A DNA stretch of 64,000 bases, taken from contig CAWGPZ010000009.1 in NCBI GenBank assembly GCA_963824605.1, positions 127,763 to 191,762 on the forward strand, written 5' to 3'. Shown in pieces: positions 1-9,960 of the stretch. The position numbers and the translations under genes were made by a program. Source of the DNA: an uncultured Actinomycetota bacterium. Its GTDB lineage: Bacteria > Actinomycetota > Actinomycetes > JAHEKZ01. The notes under the pieces were generated by a model. It saw only the letters and a list, made by a program, of their open reading frames with translations. It did not search any database and was not told where the DNA came from. Positions within the stretch are counted from its first letter, which is position 1; each line of letters starts with the position of its first letter.

Positions 1-153
1 GCACGTGCCGTGCCCGCCACAAGTGGAGTCGATCGCGATGCCGTTCCAGCTGGCGGCGTCAAAGATCGGAACCCCCGTCGGTACTCGGACCTCCTTGTCC
101 GAGGGTGTGAACCGGATGCGGATCCGCTCCGGCGCGCCGCTCTCCTCAGTCAT
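1..153 (-). CDS. N-terminus (runs off window) of 2Fe-2S ferredoxin-domain protein, probably ASKHA/RACo-type reductive activator of corrinoid proteins
   Basis: Not in ORF track; manual translation from ATG at 153: MTEESGAPERIRIRFTPSDKEVRVPTGVPIFDAASWNGIAIDSTCGGHGTC (CGGxGxC 2Fe-2S motif); ATGA overlap with metF stop; next to a corrinoid protein. Confidence 0.75.
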   Translation of the reverse strand, partial: MTEESGAPERIRIRFTPSDKEVRVPTGVPIFDAASWNGIAIDSTCGGHGTC

Positions 154-1067
154 GACGCGTCACGTCGGGCTGCGGAATCGCGCACACCGAGCTCGTCGAC
201 CAGCCGGCCGAGGCTTCCGTCGTGACGGAAATCGGTGAGGTGAAGACCGGAGACACCGGGCAGCGAGAGCGCATGGCGTGCCTGCTCAAGGGTGTGTTGG
301 TAGGCCTCTTCTGCCTCGTCGTCCGCATTCGCGACGCGGTCGATCACGTCGCCAGGAACACTGATGCCAGGTACCTCGCGGTCCATGAAACGAAGCGCGC
401 CGGCACGCTTGACGAGCACGAGCGTGGGCAGCAGCGCGGTCTTCCTGGTCACTCCGTTCTCGACGCAACCGGCGACGAACGCCTCGAGTCGATCGGGGTG
501 ATAGCCGATCTGCAGCTGCAGGAACCGTGCCCCGGCATCGCTCTTGGTCTTCGCACGCTCAACCCGGTAGTCGATGGGAGGGGCGAACGGGTTCTCAACG
601 GCTCCGACGAACAGATCTGGGGCGGGGTCGATCTTGCGACCTGACACGTAGTGCCCTTCGGCAAGACCTGTCGCCACCGAGATGACCTGTGGCCCATCAA
701 GGTCGAAGACCCGGCGAGCCTCGGGTTCGTCACCAGCGGTGACATCGTCGCCGGTCAAGGCACAGATGTTGCGTACACCGAACATCGAGGCACCGACGAT
801 GTCGGCCTGGATCGCGATGCGGTTCTTGTCGCGGCACACCACTTGCATGATCGGTTCGACGCCGGCCTGCTGCATCGCTATCGCGATGGCGACGTTTGAG
901 GCGTGAGCGTGCGCTGCCGGGTTGTCGGTGGCATTGATCGCGTCGACGTACGGCGCGATCGCCTCGAGTCGCTCGCTGACCTTTGCCAACCCGCCACCGT
1001 CAATGGCCGGCAGCTCGGCAGTGATGACCGGCCGGGTGCCGGCCTCGAGAAGGGCCTGCAGGGTCAC
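150..1067 (-). CDS. metF: Methylenetetrahydrofolate reductase
   Basis: TAELP, NATDNP, CRDKNRIAIQ, ALTGD and GAVENP motifs of the MTHFR TIM barrel. Confidence 0.85.
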   Translation of the reverse strand: MTLQALLEAGTRPVITAELPAIDGGGLAKVSERLEAIAPYVDAINATDNPAAHAHASNVAIAIAMQQAGVEPIMQVVCRDKNRIAIQADIVGASMFGVRNICALTGDDVTAGDEPEARRVFDLDGPQVISVATGLAEGHYVSGRKIDPAPDLFVGAVENPFAPPIDYRVERAKTKSDAGARFLQLQIGYHPDRLEAFVAGCVENGVTRKTALLPTLVLVKRAGALRFMDREVPGISVPGDVIDRVANADDEAEEAYQHTLEQARHALSLPGVSGLHLTDFRHDGSLGRLVDELGVRDSAARRDAS

Positions 1068-1732
1068 TGGGCACGAACCAGTGCGCGGCGGTTTTCGAGG
1101 AGTTCTTTGGCGCGGCGGACCGCGGTCGACGCGTCAGCTGCGTACCCATCAGCACCCACCGCGTCGGCGTACTCCTGAGTGACCGGAGCACCACCCACCA
1201 TCACGATCACCTGATCGCGCACCCCAGCCTTCTCCAACGCATTGATGTTCGCCTTGAACATCGGCATCGTCGTGGTCAAGAACGCCGAGAACCCCACAAT
1301 GTCCGGGGAATGCTCCTCGATCGCGGCGACGAACTTCTCCGGAGCCACCTGCACCCCCAGATCAATCACCTCAAACCCCGCACCCTCCAACATGATGTTC
1401 ACCAAGTTCTTCCCGATGTCATGCACATCACCCTTGACCGTGCCCATCAAGAACTTGCCCACCGTCTCAGCACCGGTCGCCGCCAACAACGGCCGCAACA
1501 CCTCCAACGCCCCCGACATCGCCCGACCAGCGATCAACATCTCCGGCACGAAGAAGTCACCCCGCTCGAACCGGGCACCCACCTCCTCCAACGACGGAAT
1601 CAACGCCTCGAACAACAACGTCTCAGGACCCATCCCCAACCCAAGACCATCATTGGTCAACTCCAACACCGCCGGCGCATTACCCACCAACGTCTCGTCG
1701 AACAACCCCTTCAAAATCTCCTCAGGCGTCAT
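1064..1732 (-). CDS. Stand-alone corrinoid (cobalamin-binding) protein of a methyltransferase system
   Basis: Cap domain (FVPEMLIAGRAM) plus B12 motif GTVKGDVHDIGKN, SAFLTTT, VGGAP; start moved to MTPEEILKG. Confidence 0.9.
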   Translation of the reverse strand: MTPEEILKGLFDETLVGNAPAVLELTNDGLGLGMGPETLLFEALIPSLEEVGARFERGDFFVPEMLIAGRAMSGALEVLRPLLAATGAETVGKFLMGTVKGDVHDIGKNLVNIMLEGAGFEVIDLGVQVAPEKFVAAIEEHSPDIVGFSAFLTTTMPMFKANINALEKAGVRDQVIVMVGGAPVTQEYADAVGADGYAADASTAVRRAKELLENRRALVRAQ

Positions 1733-1797
1733 GGTGTGCGGTCCTCCAGGCTTGCGGTGCGGGTCGCTTGACCTGCGCTGGTGTGGGGTCTTGTCGA

Positions 1798-1819
1798 GTC
1801 TTGGACAAGCGTCCAAGAC
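1798..1819. promoter_or_regulatory. Perfect inverted repeat GTCTTGGAC-aagc-GTCCAAGAC upstream of the corrinoid operon; putative operator
   Basis: 9-bp arms, 4-nt spacer, about 65 bp upstream of the corrinoid start. Confidence 0.45.
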
Positions 1820-1956
1820 GGCGGTGTCGTTGTCCAGCAGTCCGGACGAGGACCAGGCTAGTGTTCCACTGAGCGAAACGGCCACCGGGTCGGATCGTCT
1901 TGCTGCAGGTCAGACGGGTCGCGCTGTTCCATTTCTGGCCCGTCGGCGCCGATGAG

Positions 1957-2466
1957 TCAACCCCGAGGAATCGGCTCTGGGCGTCCGGGCTGCTCCCCGC
2001 CGCGTGCGTCCCCGTACGAACGTTTGGGCACCATGACCTTGCGCCGGAAGATGCACACGATGGTGCCGTCCTGGTTGTAGCCGATCGTCTCGACGTGAAC
2101 GATGCCTCGATCGTCCTTCGACTTCGACTCGACCTTGTCGAGCACCCGTGTCTCGCCATAGATGGTGTCGCCGTGAAAGGTGGGTGCCACATGACGCAGC
2201 GACTCGACCTCGAGGTTGGCGATGGCCTTTCCGCTGACGTCAGGCACCGACATGCCAAGGAGCAGCGAGTAGATGTAGTTGCCGACCACCACGTTCTTTC
2301 CGAAATCCGTAGTCGTCTCTGCGTAGTGCGCATCGATGTGGAGCGGATGGTGATTCATCGTGAGGAGGCAGAAGAGATGGTCGTCGTACTCGGTGACAGT
2401 CTTGCCGGGCCAGTGCTTGTAGACGGCATCGACCTCGAACTCCTCGTAGTAGCGGCCGAACTGCAT
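1957..2466 (-). CDS. MaoC-family dehydratase, probable mesaconyl-CoA hydratase
   Basis: MQFGRYYEEFEV..HWPGKTVTEYDDHLFCLLTMNHHPLH hot-dog fold; resembles the Streptomyces ethylmalonyl-CoA cluster MaoC protein as I recall it. Confidence 0.8.
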   Translation of the reverse strand: MQFGRYYEEFEVDAVYKHWPGKTVTEYDDHLFCLLTMNHHPLHIDAHYAETTTDFGKNVVVGNYIYSLLLGMSVPDVSGKAIANLEVESLRHVAPTFHGDTIYGETRVLDKVESKSKDDRGIVHVETIGYNQDGTIVCIFRRKVMVPKRSYGDARGGEQPGRPEPIPRG

Positions 2467-2496
2467 GTGACTCCCTCGGTGGATGGTTGACTGCCG

Positions 2497-2961
2497 TCAG
2501 CCGGCTGTCGGCATCTCGGCGAGCGTCTGACGCACCTGTCCGGCAACCGGAACGGGGCACGTCACCTGGTAGTGGGCCGCCTCGAATCTGCTGCGCGAGC
2601 TGAAGTCTCGCCGCCCTCGGGTCGCCGCGTGCGCGGTAAGGCCGTAGACGATCCCGAACAACGCACCCCAGAGCACTCCGAGCAGCAGCAGGGTGGTCCA
2701 GTTCGGATCCTGATCGGGGTTCGCGAAGAGCCCGACCAGCATCGCGATCAGCAGGCCAAGCCAGGCTCCCGTCACCATTCCGGCGCCAGCAGCACGACCG
2801 TACGACATTCGGCCAGTGACGGTTTCGACCATGCGCAGGTCAGTTCCCACGATCTGGATGCCGGAGACTTCGACCTCACGGTCGGACAGGAAGTCGACAG
2901 CCTGCTGTGCCTGTTCGTACGAGTCGCACTCACGCACGACGACCCTCTCGATTTCTGTCAT
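2497..2961 (-). CDS. General stress protein 17M-like membrane protein
   Basis: SYEQAQQAVDFLSD..IQIVGTDL..ETVTGRMSYGRAA, two TM helices, RDFSS motif. Confidence 0.75.
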   Translation of the reverse strand: MTEIERVVVRECDSYEQAQQAVDFLSDREVEVSGIQIVGTDLRMVETVTGRMSYGRAAGAGMVTGAWLGLLIAMLVGLFANPDQDPNWTTLLLLGVLWGALFGIVYGLTAHAATRGRRDFSSRSRFEAAHYQVTCPVPVAGQVRQTLAEMPTAG

Positions 2962-2971
2962 GTGCATTCCC

Positions 2972-4171
2972 TCAGCTACGCCGCTTGTAGTCCTCGAGGA
3001 GCCGGCGCCCAATGATCATCCGCTGGATGTCGGCCGTTCCCTCGCCAATCAGCAGCATCGGGGCTTCGCGGTAGAGCCGCTCGATCTCGTACTCCTTGGA
3101 GTACCCGTATCCGCCGTGGATGCGGAATGAGTCTTCGACGACATCTCGGCAGTGCTCACTCGCCAGATACTTGGCCATGCCGGCCTCGAGGTCGTTCCGC
3201 TCCCCTGAGTCCTTCTTGCGGGCCGCCATGATCATCATCTGGTGCGCCGACTCGACCTTGGTGGCCATGTCGGCCAACCGGAACATCACTGCCTGGTGCT
3301 GCGCGATCTGCTTGCCGAAGGTCTCACGCTGCTGCGCATAGTCGATGCCGAGCTCGAAGGCTCGCTGGGCGAGCCCGCACGCACGGGCAGCGACGTTGAC
3401 GCGACCGACCTCGACGCCATCCATCATTTGGTAGAAGCCTCGGCCGGTCTCGCCACCAAGGACGTCATCACTCGTCAGGACGAGGCCATCCATGATGAGC
3501 TCAGTGGTGTCGACGCCCTTATAGCCCATCTTGTCGATCTTGCCGGGGATGCTGAGCCCTGGCCGCACCTCACCGAACCCGGCGTCCTTCTCGATCAGGA
3601 ATGTCGTCATGTTGCGGTAGACGCTGTCGGCGCCTTCGTCGGTCTTCATCAAGACCGCTACCAGGGTCGAGGTGCCTCCGTTGGTCAGCCACATCTTCTG
3701 CCCGTCGAGCACGAAGGTGCCGTCGTCACGGCGCTGCGCCCGTGCGGTGATGGCGGCAACGTCAGACCCGCACCCGGGCTCAGACATCGAGAAGGCACCA
3801 CGGACCTCGCCCGTGGCCATGCGAGGCAGGTACTTCTGCTTCTGCTCGTCGGTGCCGTGCTGAAGCAGCATGTAGGCGACGATGAAGTGGGTGTTGATGA
3901 TGCCGCTCACGCTCATCCAGCCGCGAGCGATCTCTTCGACGACGAGGGCGTAGGTGAGCAGCGACTCACCGATGCCGCCGTACTCCTCGGGGATCATCAG
4001 CCCGAAGATCCCCATCTCCTGCATCTGCTCGACGATCTTGGCGGGGTACTCATCGGCGTGCTCGAGCGTGTTCGCGACCGGGATGATCTCGTTGTCGACG
4101 AACTCGCGAACGGCGGCGAGGATCTCTTGCTGGACGTCGGTGAGACCTTCGGTCTGAGCGAGACGGCCCAT
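2972..4171 (-). CDS. Acyl-CoA dehydrogenase, probable methylsuccinyl-CoA dehydrogenase
   Basis: MSEPGCGSD, GQKMWLTN, RETFGKQI, HGGYGYSKEY, IGEGT; start MGRLAQ with AAGGAG RBS. Confidence 0.88.
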   Translation of the reverse strand: MGRLAQTEGLTDVQQEILAAVREFVDNEIIPVANTLEHADEYPAKIVEQMQEMGIFGLMIPEEYGGIGESLLTYALVVEEIARGWMSVSGIINTHFIVAYMLLQHGTDEQKQKYLPRMATGEVRGAFSMSEPGCGSDVAAITARAQRRDDGTFVLDGQKMWLTNGGTSTLVAVLMKTDEGADSVYRNMTTFLIEKDAGFGEVRPGLSIPGKIDKMGYKGVDTTELIMDGLVLTSDDVLGGETGRGFYQMMDGVEVGRVNVAARACGLAQRAFELGIDYAQQRETFGKQIAQHQAVMFRLADMATKVESAHQMMIMAARKKDSGERNDLEAGMAKYLASEHCRDVVEDSFRIHGGYGYSKEYEIERLYREAPMLLIGEGTADIQRMIIGRRLLEDYKRRS

Positions 4172-4267
4172 GCCGTTCTCCTTCGTATCTCGTACGGCGG
4201 CGGGGGCGCCTGCCGTCGCACTTCGATCGTATCCATAGCCAGTCGCCACGCGGGTACTCTCCCCTTC

Positions 4268-5244
4268 ATGACCAAACAAGCATGGGTGAGCGGCGGTGCG
4301 ACGGCGCCCGATCCCAGTGCCCGCCAGAGCACAGTTGCCTTGTCGAATGGCCACGTCCTCGGAGTCGCGGAGTACGGCCCCGTCGACGGGTTTCCGATCG
4401 TCGGCATCCACGGCACCCCGGGTCCCGGTACGGCGGCCCGCCCCCTGACAAGCCCGACCTCTACGACCGGCTCGGCATCAGGTCGATCTGCTTCGACCGC
4501 CCGGGCTACGGACTGTCGACGCGCCGGCCCGGACGTGCGGTGGTCGATGCAGCCACCGACGTCGAGGCCATTGCCGACTCCCTCGGTATCGACCGGTTTG
4601 CCGTCACCGGTGGATCAGGAGGCGGACCGCACTGCCTGGCTGTCGCCGCTCAGCTGCCCCACCGCGTCACCCGTGTGGCCTGCGTCGTCGGAGTTGCCCC
4701 ACTCGGCGATCCCGGACTTCCACGCGACGTGTGGCGGGAAGGGATGACACAGGGAAACCTCGATGAGTTCGACTGGTCATTCGAGGGCGAGGAGGCACTG
4801 CGTCCACAACTTGAGCGCCTCGCCCCCGAAGATCTCAGTCGAGTGGTCACCGACCCGACCAACCCCCTTGGCGACACCTACGAGATGGCCGACGGCGATC
4901 TCGCCATCATGGCGCGCCCCGAGTACGCCGTACGACTCAGGCGCCTCATCGAGGAGGCGTATCGCCAAGGCATCGACGGATGGCTCGACGACGATCTCGC
5001 GTTCATCAAGGACTGGGGCTTCGACCTGTCCACGCTCAGTGTTCCGGCAATGGTCTGGTACGGCACCGAGGACACCTTGGTCCCGCCCTCGCACGGCAAG
5101 TGGCTGGCCCGCAATGTACCCGGCGCACTGGTTGTCACGATGTCGGGCGGTCACCTGGAGCTCGTCAACCGGGCCGAGGAGCTCGTGGTCTGGCTCTCGG
5201 GCGGAGAACCCCCAGCCGACGCCGTGTCGGGGGCGGACAAATGA
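4268..5244 (+). CDS. Alpha/beta hydrolase (frameshift near 4422)
   Basis: HGTPG in one frame continues as SRYGG.. in another; nucleophile GGSGG, GTEDTLVP, GGH. Confidence 0.8.
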
Positions 5245-6501
5245 CCCTCGATCCAGAGCTCATGTCGCTATTCCCTGCGACCACCTCCACAGCCGCTGAC
5301 GGATCGCTTGCTATCGGAGGTGTCTCCCTCGCCTCGCTGGCTGACGAGTTCGGTACGCCGGTTCAGGTGGTCGACGAGGTCGCCCTCCGTATGCGCTCCA
5401 GGGAGTTCATTGACGGGTTGACCAGCAGAAGACCCCGATCAAGCGTTGCCTTCGCCTCCAAGTCGTTCCCGTGCACGGCCATCTACCGGGTGATGGTCGA
5501 GGAAGGACTGCACATCGACGTCGCAGGGGCCGGCGAGCTGGTCACGGCACTCAAGGCGGATGCCCCGGCCGCGAGCATCGTCCTGCACGGAAACGCGAAG
5601 ACGACTGCCGAGCTTGCGCTCGCCGTCGAGTCCGGCGTCGGCACGATCGTCGTCGACAACTGGGACGACATCACGCGGATCGAAGCGTTGCCTGGGGTCC
5701 AACAGCCCGTGCTCGCTCCGCGTGATCCCTGGCGTCGATGCTCCCACCATGGCAGCGATCGCGACCGGCCACCACGGTTCGAAGTTCGGCTTGCCTCTGG
5801 ACGAAGCCCGACGGGCGATCTCCCACATGCAGGCGAGCAACCGATTCGACGTCCGCGGGATTCACCTTCACATCGGCTCGCAGATTCTCAGCGTCGACGC
5901 CTTCGCCGAAGCGGTCACTGCCGTCGCCGGGCTCGGGGAGTTCGACGTCTACGACGTGGGTGGTGGGCTCGGAGTCAGATACCAGCGCAGCGACAAGGCA
6001 CCTTCCGTCGACGAGTACCTCGACACGATCGCTGACGCCGCCTCAGCACACCTGCCAGACGACGCTGAACTGTGGATCGAGCCAGGACGGTCGCTAGTCG
6101 CGCAGGCAGCGGTCACCCTGTACCGCGTCACCACCGTGAAGCACGGAGACCCGACGTTTGTGGCAGTCGACGGTGGGATCGCCGACAACCTCGAGGCCTC
6201 GACGTATGTCGGAACCCACATGGACGCGACCCTCGCCGAGCGCCCCGGCGGCAATGACCTCGTCGAGCTCGTCGGCCGACAGTGCGAATCGGGAGATCTG
6301 TTTGCGTCCGACCTGCCGCTCTCCGAGCCGCGGATCGGAGACGTGATCGCCATGCCGATGACCGGTGCGTACAGCTACACGCTGTTGAGCAACTACAACG
6401 GTGCGCTGCGGCCGCCCATCGTCTTCGTCCGCGACGGAGCAACCAGACTCGTCGTGCGCCGCGAGACGTACGACGAGCTCAACGCACGAGACGTGCTCTA
6501 G
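5241..6501 (+). CDS. lysA: Diaminopimelate decarboxylase (frameshift near 5715)
   Basis: FGTP, FASK (PLP lysine), HGNAK, SKFG, HLHIGSQI, EPGRSLV, CESGD, GAYSY split over two frames. Confidence 0.82.
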
Positions 6502-6562
6502 TCGTCAGCGAAGCACGTGTAGACCATCCGAAACGCCGTGACGTCACGTGATCTGACGCTCG

Positions 6563-7333
6563 TTAGGCGGGATTGGCCTCGCGGATCGAGTTGCCCCCGT
6601 CGACGACCAGCGTCTGTCCGGTGATGTAGGAGGCCGCCGGTGTGCAGAAGAACGCGACGCCAGCCGCAATCTCAGCAGGCTCGCCGAGTCGCTCCATCGG
6701 GGTCCGCTCGCCGTACTCGAGTTCTTGCGAGAGCGACGACGGCGTCCGGATCCAGCCTGGCGCGACTGCGTTACAAGTGACGCCGGACGTTGCCGTCTCA
6801 ACGGCCACGGCGAGCGTGAGCCCACGCATGCCACCTTTGCCTGCGACGTACGACGCCTCGTTCGGCATCGCGCAGGTGGTTCCTGAGGTCGACGTGACGT
6901 TGACGATTCGGCCGAAGCCGCGGGCCATCATGCCCGGCATCACCGCACGTGTGACCAGAAAGGCCGTGTCGAGATTGCGCGCAATTCCGCTGCGCCACTG
7001 CTCGTGAGTCATCTCGCTGATCGACAGCCAGGCCTCCTCGTCTGTGACGCTGGTCATGCCTGCGTTGTTGACGAGTAGATCGATCGGCCCGAAAGCCTCC
7101 TCAACCTCGGCAACGAGACGCTCCACCTGCACCGGATCGGTGAGGTCGGCAACGAAACCCTTCGCGCGGCCGCCCAGCTCACTGGCACGCTCGTGGATGC
7201 GATCCGACGTAGCCGCCACCGCCACCGTTGCGCCCGCCTCGTGCAGGGTGCGTGCGCAGGCGAAACCGATCCCACCTTGACTCCCCGCCCCTGTCACGAG
7301 GGCCACTCTTCGGTCCAACGAGAACAGCGACAT
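6563..7333 (-). CDS. SDR family oxidoreductase (FabG-like)
   Basis: TGAGSxxGIG, NNAG, YxxxK (YVAGK), NAVAPG, VDGG. Confidence 0.9.
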   Translation of the reverse strand: MSLFSLDRRVALVTGAGSQGGIGFACARTLHEAGATVAVAATSDRIHERASELGGRAKGFVADLTDPVQVERLVAEVEEAFGPIDLLVNNAGMTSVTDEEAWLSISEMTHEQWRSGIARNLDTAFLVTRAVMPGMMARGFGRIVNVTSTSGTTCAMPNEASYVAGKGGMRGLTLAVAVETATSGVTCNAVAPGWIRTPSSLSQELEYGERTPMERLGEPAEIAAGVAFFCTPAASYITGQTLVVDGGNSIREANPA

Positions 7334-8328
7334 CAGGTGCCTTTCGGATCGGTCGTCGTGCGTGCATCGTCGCTCGTGGGGTCGAACCAGACCGTGCGCT
7401 GCATACCGGCCGCGCGTCCCTTGCCGCTGATCACCAGGGCCATCTTGTTGGACGCCTCATCGATCATCTCGCTGCCGATCATGACGGCGCCGAGCTTCCC
7501 ACCGGCCTCTGAGGTGTAGTAGGCGTACGCGTCGAGAATCAGCTCGGCGTGGTCGAAGTCGTCCTGCTTCGGGGAGAAGACCTCGTTCGCCGCCTCCACC
7601 TGACCTGGATGCAGGACCCACTTGCCGTCGAACCCCAGCGCCGCTGCCCGGTCGGCAACGCGCCGGTAACCCTCGACATCGCGAATTTGCAGGTAGGGAC
7701 CATCGATCGCCTGCTTGTCATACGCGCGGGCCGCCATCAGGATCCGCATCAAGATGTAGTGGTAGGCATCGCCCTCGGTGTAGCCGTCCGGCTGCTCACC
7801 CACCACCAAGGTGCGCATGTTGATGCTGGCCATGAAGTCGGCAGGGCCGAAGATGATCGTCTCGACGCGCGGGCTGGCCGCCGCGATCGCATCGACATTG
7901 ATCAGCCCCAGGGCGTTCTCGATCTGCGCTTCGATCCCGAGACGACCGACCTCAAGACCGTTCGCCTTCTCGATCTGGGTCAGCAAGGTGTCGAGAGTGA
8001 CCACCTGTTCCGGCGTCTGGACCTTCGGCAACATGATGCAGTCGAGGTTCTCTCCAGCCCCCTCGACGACCTCGATCACATCTCGGTAGGTCCATTCGGT
8101 GGTGAAGTCGTTGACGCGAACCGTCCGCACCTTGTCGCCGTAGCCACCCTCGTTGAGCGCTGCCACGATGTTCTTGCGCGCATCGGGCTTGGCCAGCGGG
8201 GCAACCGCGTCCTCGATGTCCAGGAACACTTGGTCGGCCGGTAGCCCCTTGGCCTTTTCGAGCATCTTGGGGCTGCTCCCAGGAACCGCCAAGTTGGAGC
8301 GGCGGGGGCGAAGAACGCGTTCTGTCAT
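7333..8328 (-). CDS. CitE-family CoA ester lyase (malyl-CoA/beta-methylmalyl-CoA lyase-like)
   Basis: [46 protein letters not shown]. Confidence 0.88.
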   Translation of the reverse strand: MTERVLRPRRSNLAVPGSSPKMLEKAKGLPADQVFLDIEDAVAPLAKPDARKNIVAALNEGGYGDKVRTVRVNDFTTEWTYRDVIEVVEGAGENLDCIMLPKVQTPEQVVTLDTLLTQIEKANGLEVGRLGIEAQIENALGLINVDAIAAASPRVETIIFGPADFMASINMRTLVVGEQPDGYTEGDAYHYILMRILMAARAYDKQAIDGPYLQIRDVEGYRRVADRAAALGFDGKWVLHPGQVEAANEVFSPKQDDFDHAELILDAYAYYTSEAGGKLGAVMIGSEMIDEASNKMALVISGKGRAAGMQRTVWFDPTSDDARTTTDPKGT

Positions 8329-8454
8329 CGACCTTCTCCGATCGTGCGGTCGCCGCCAGCAGGCCGGTCGGCGCTTTGGTTTCGAGCCTAGCGGCGGTGT
8401 GCGCCAGCCCCTGAGCCACCCGGACGACACCTCCTGATGTGGCAGGCTGCCGCC

Positions 8455-9000
8455 ATGAGCTCTGGAGTCGACCCCGGACCCACCCTGGACGCCGCACACC
8501 TGCCGGCTCTCATCGCCGAGCTCGCCAGCAAGTCAGACCTTGTCTGGGTCGAGGTCCCAGGGCGGCCCGCTCAGGCGCTCTGGAACGTGTGGCATGACAA
8601 TGCCATCACCGTCGTCACCGGTGGCCTCGAGCAGAATGATCCCGGCCTCACAGACGGGGCAACGGTCGAGGTGATTCTGCGAAGCAAGGAGAACCGGGCG
8701 AGGCAGGCCGTGGTGGCGTCCACCGTCGAGCAACTGGTTCCCCGGTCGGACGACTGGACTGCCGCCGTGGCGGCGCTTCACCCCAAGCGGCTCAATCCGC
8801 CCGACGGTGAGGCCCAGCCCGATCGATGGGCACGCGAGAGCACGCTCTGGTTGCTCCGTCCGACCGCAGACGTCACCGAACAGCCGGGAGCGATGTCGGA
8901 CACCTCTCACCGCGCTGAGGTCGTCGAGACCGAGGCCACCACGATCGCACGGACGCCCTTCCACGCGGGTCGGGCCACGAAGAAGCGCCGCAGACTCTGA
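8455..9000 (+). CDS. Conserved actinobacterial hypothetical protein
   Basis: Divergent ORF with coding-like codon usage (KSDLVWV..LWNVWHD..RSKE..KRLN). Confidence 0.65.
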   Translation: MSSGVDPGPTLDAAHLPALIAELASKSDLVWVEVPGRPAQALWNVWHDNAITVVTGGLEQNDPGLTDGATVEVILRSKENRARQAVVASTVEQLVPRSDDWTAAVAALHPKRLNPPDGEAQPDRWARESTLWLLRPTADVTEQPGAMSDTSHRAEVVETEATTIARTPFHAGRATKKRRRL

Positions 9001-9002
9001 CG

Positions 9003-9899
9003 TCACACCGAAGGCACGGCGATTCGGCCTTCGGCCACTTTCACCACGCCGCCGGTCACCCGAAGCCGCGAGGCAACGCCCGACACGACGTCACAGCTGA
9101 CAACCAGTCGGGCGGGGCGACCCATCTCCACCCCCTGATCAATGGTCACCTCGTGTGCGCCGTCGCTGAGTTCGCCGCCGGCCACGAGCAGGGCACCGAA
9201 TCCCAAGGCCGCCGAACCTGTCGCGGCGTCTTCCATCGAACCGATGTCACCGGCGAACATCCGCGCCCGCGCGTGCTGTCGCTCGCCGTCCCACACGACG
9301 AGGTACACGCCCGTCGCCGGCTGCGGGTGCGAGAACTCCTCACGCAGCACCGTGACATCTGGTCGGCACCTCGACAACGCATCCTCCGTCACGAACACGT
9401 AGGCGAACGGAAGCCCAGTGCCCGAAATCCACATCTCGGGGCGTGCCAGGTCACCGGCGTCGAGTCCGACCGACGCGAGTGCGCGGTCGGGATCCAGCGG
9501 AGCAGAGACCACCGGCGACCCACCCGTCAGGGTCGCCCCGGAGTGCGTCACCTCGACGGGAAGCAGCCCCTCTCCGCAGAGCTGGTGCACTTCACCGGAC
9601 GGGATCCGGCCAGACTGGGCGAGCCACCACGCCGACCCCACCGACGGATGGCCCGCGAACGGCACCTCAGAACCCGGCGTGAAGATCCGCAGCACGTAGT
9701 CGGCCCCGGCCGCACGCTCGGTGTCACTCGGCGTCAAGGGAAAAGCCGTCTCAGAGAGGTTGAACTGCCGGGTGATCGTCAACATCTGCTCACCGGAGAG
9801 CCCGTCCGCGTCCATGACGACCGCAAGGGGGTTTCCGGCGTAGGGGCGGTCGGTGAAGACATCGAGCACGACAAAAGGCAGTGACGCACCATCAGACAC
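9003..9899 (-). CDS. PhzF family isomerase/epimerase
   Basis: DVFTDRPYAGNPLAVV, NLSETAF, RIFTP..EVPFAGHP, EDAATGSA, QGVEMGRP. Confidence 0.9.
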   Translation of the reverse strand: MSDGASLPFVVLDVFTDRPYAGNPLAVVMDADGLSGEQMLTITRQFNLSETAFPLTPSDTERAAGADYVLRIFTPGSEVPFAGHPSVGSAWWLAQSGRIPSGEVHQLCGEGLLPVEVTHSGATLTGGSPVVSAPLDPDRALASVGLDAGDLARPEMWISGTGLPFAYVFVTEDALSRCRPDVTVLREEFSHPQPATGVYLVVWDGERQHARARMFAGDIGSMEDAATGSAALGFGALLVAGGELSDGAHEVTIDQGVEMGRPARLVVSCDVVSGVASRLRVTGGVVKVAEGRIAVPSV

Positions 9900-9960
9900 G
9901 AGATCTCCTTGGCTCAGGTGCTTCGGACGGTAGCAGCGTTCCCGCCGGTAGCCTCTGCAT

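Noticed and set aside
1242-1955. Asn/Thr/Pro-rich 237-aa + strand ORF
   Set aside because: Antisense shadow of the G/T-skewed corrinoid gene
1733-1956. Cobalamin riboswitch upstream of the corrinoid operon
   Set aside because: B12-box and conserved core motifs not recognisable
3242-4747. 501-aa + strand ORF
   Set aside because: Mostly antisense to the acyl-CoA dehydrogenase; only part of its 3' region is the real hydrolase N-terminus
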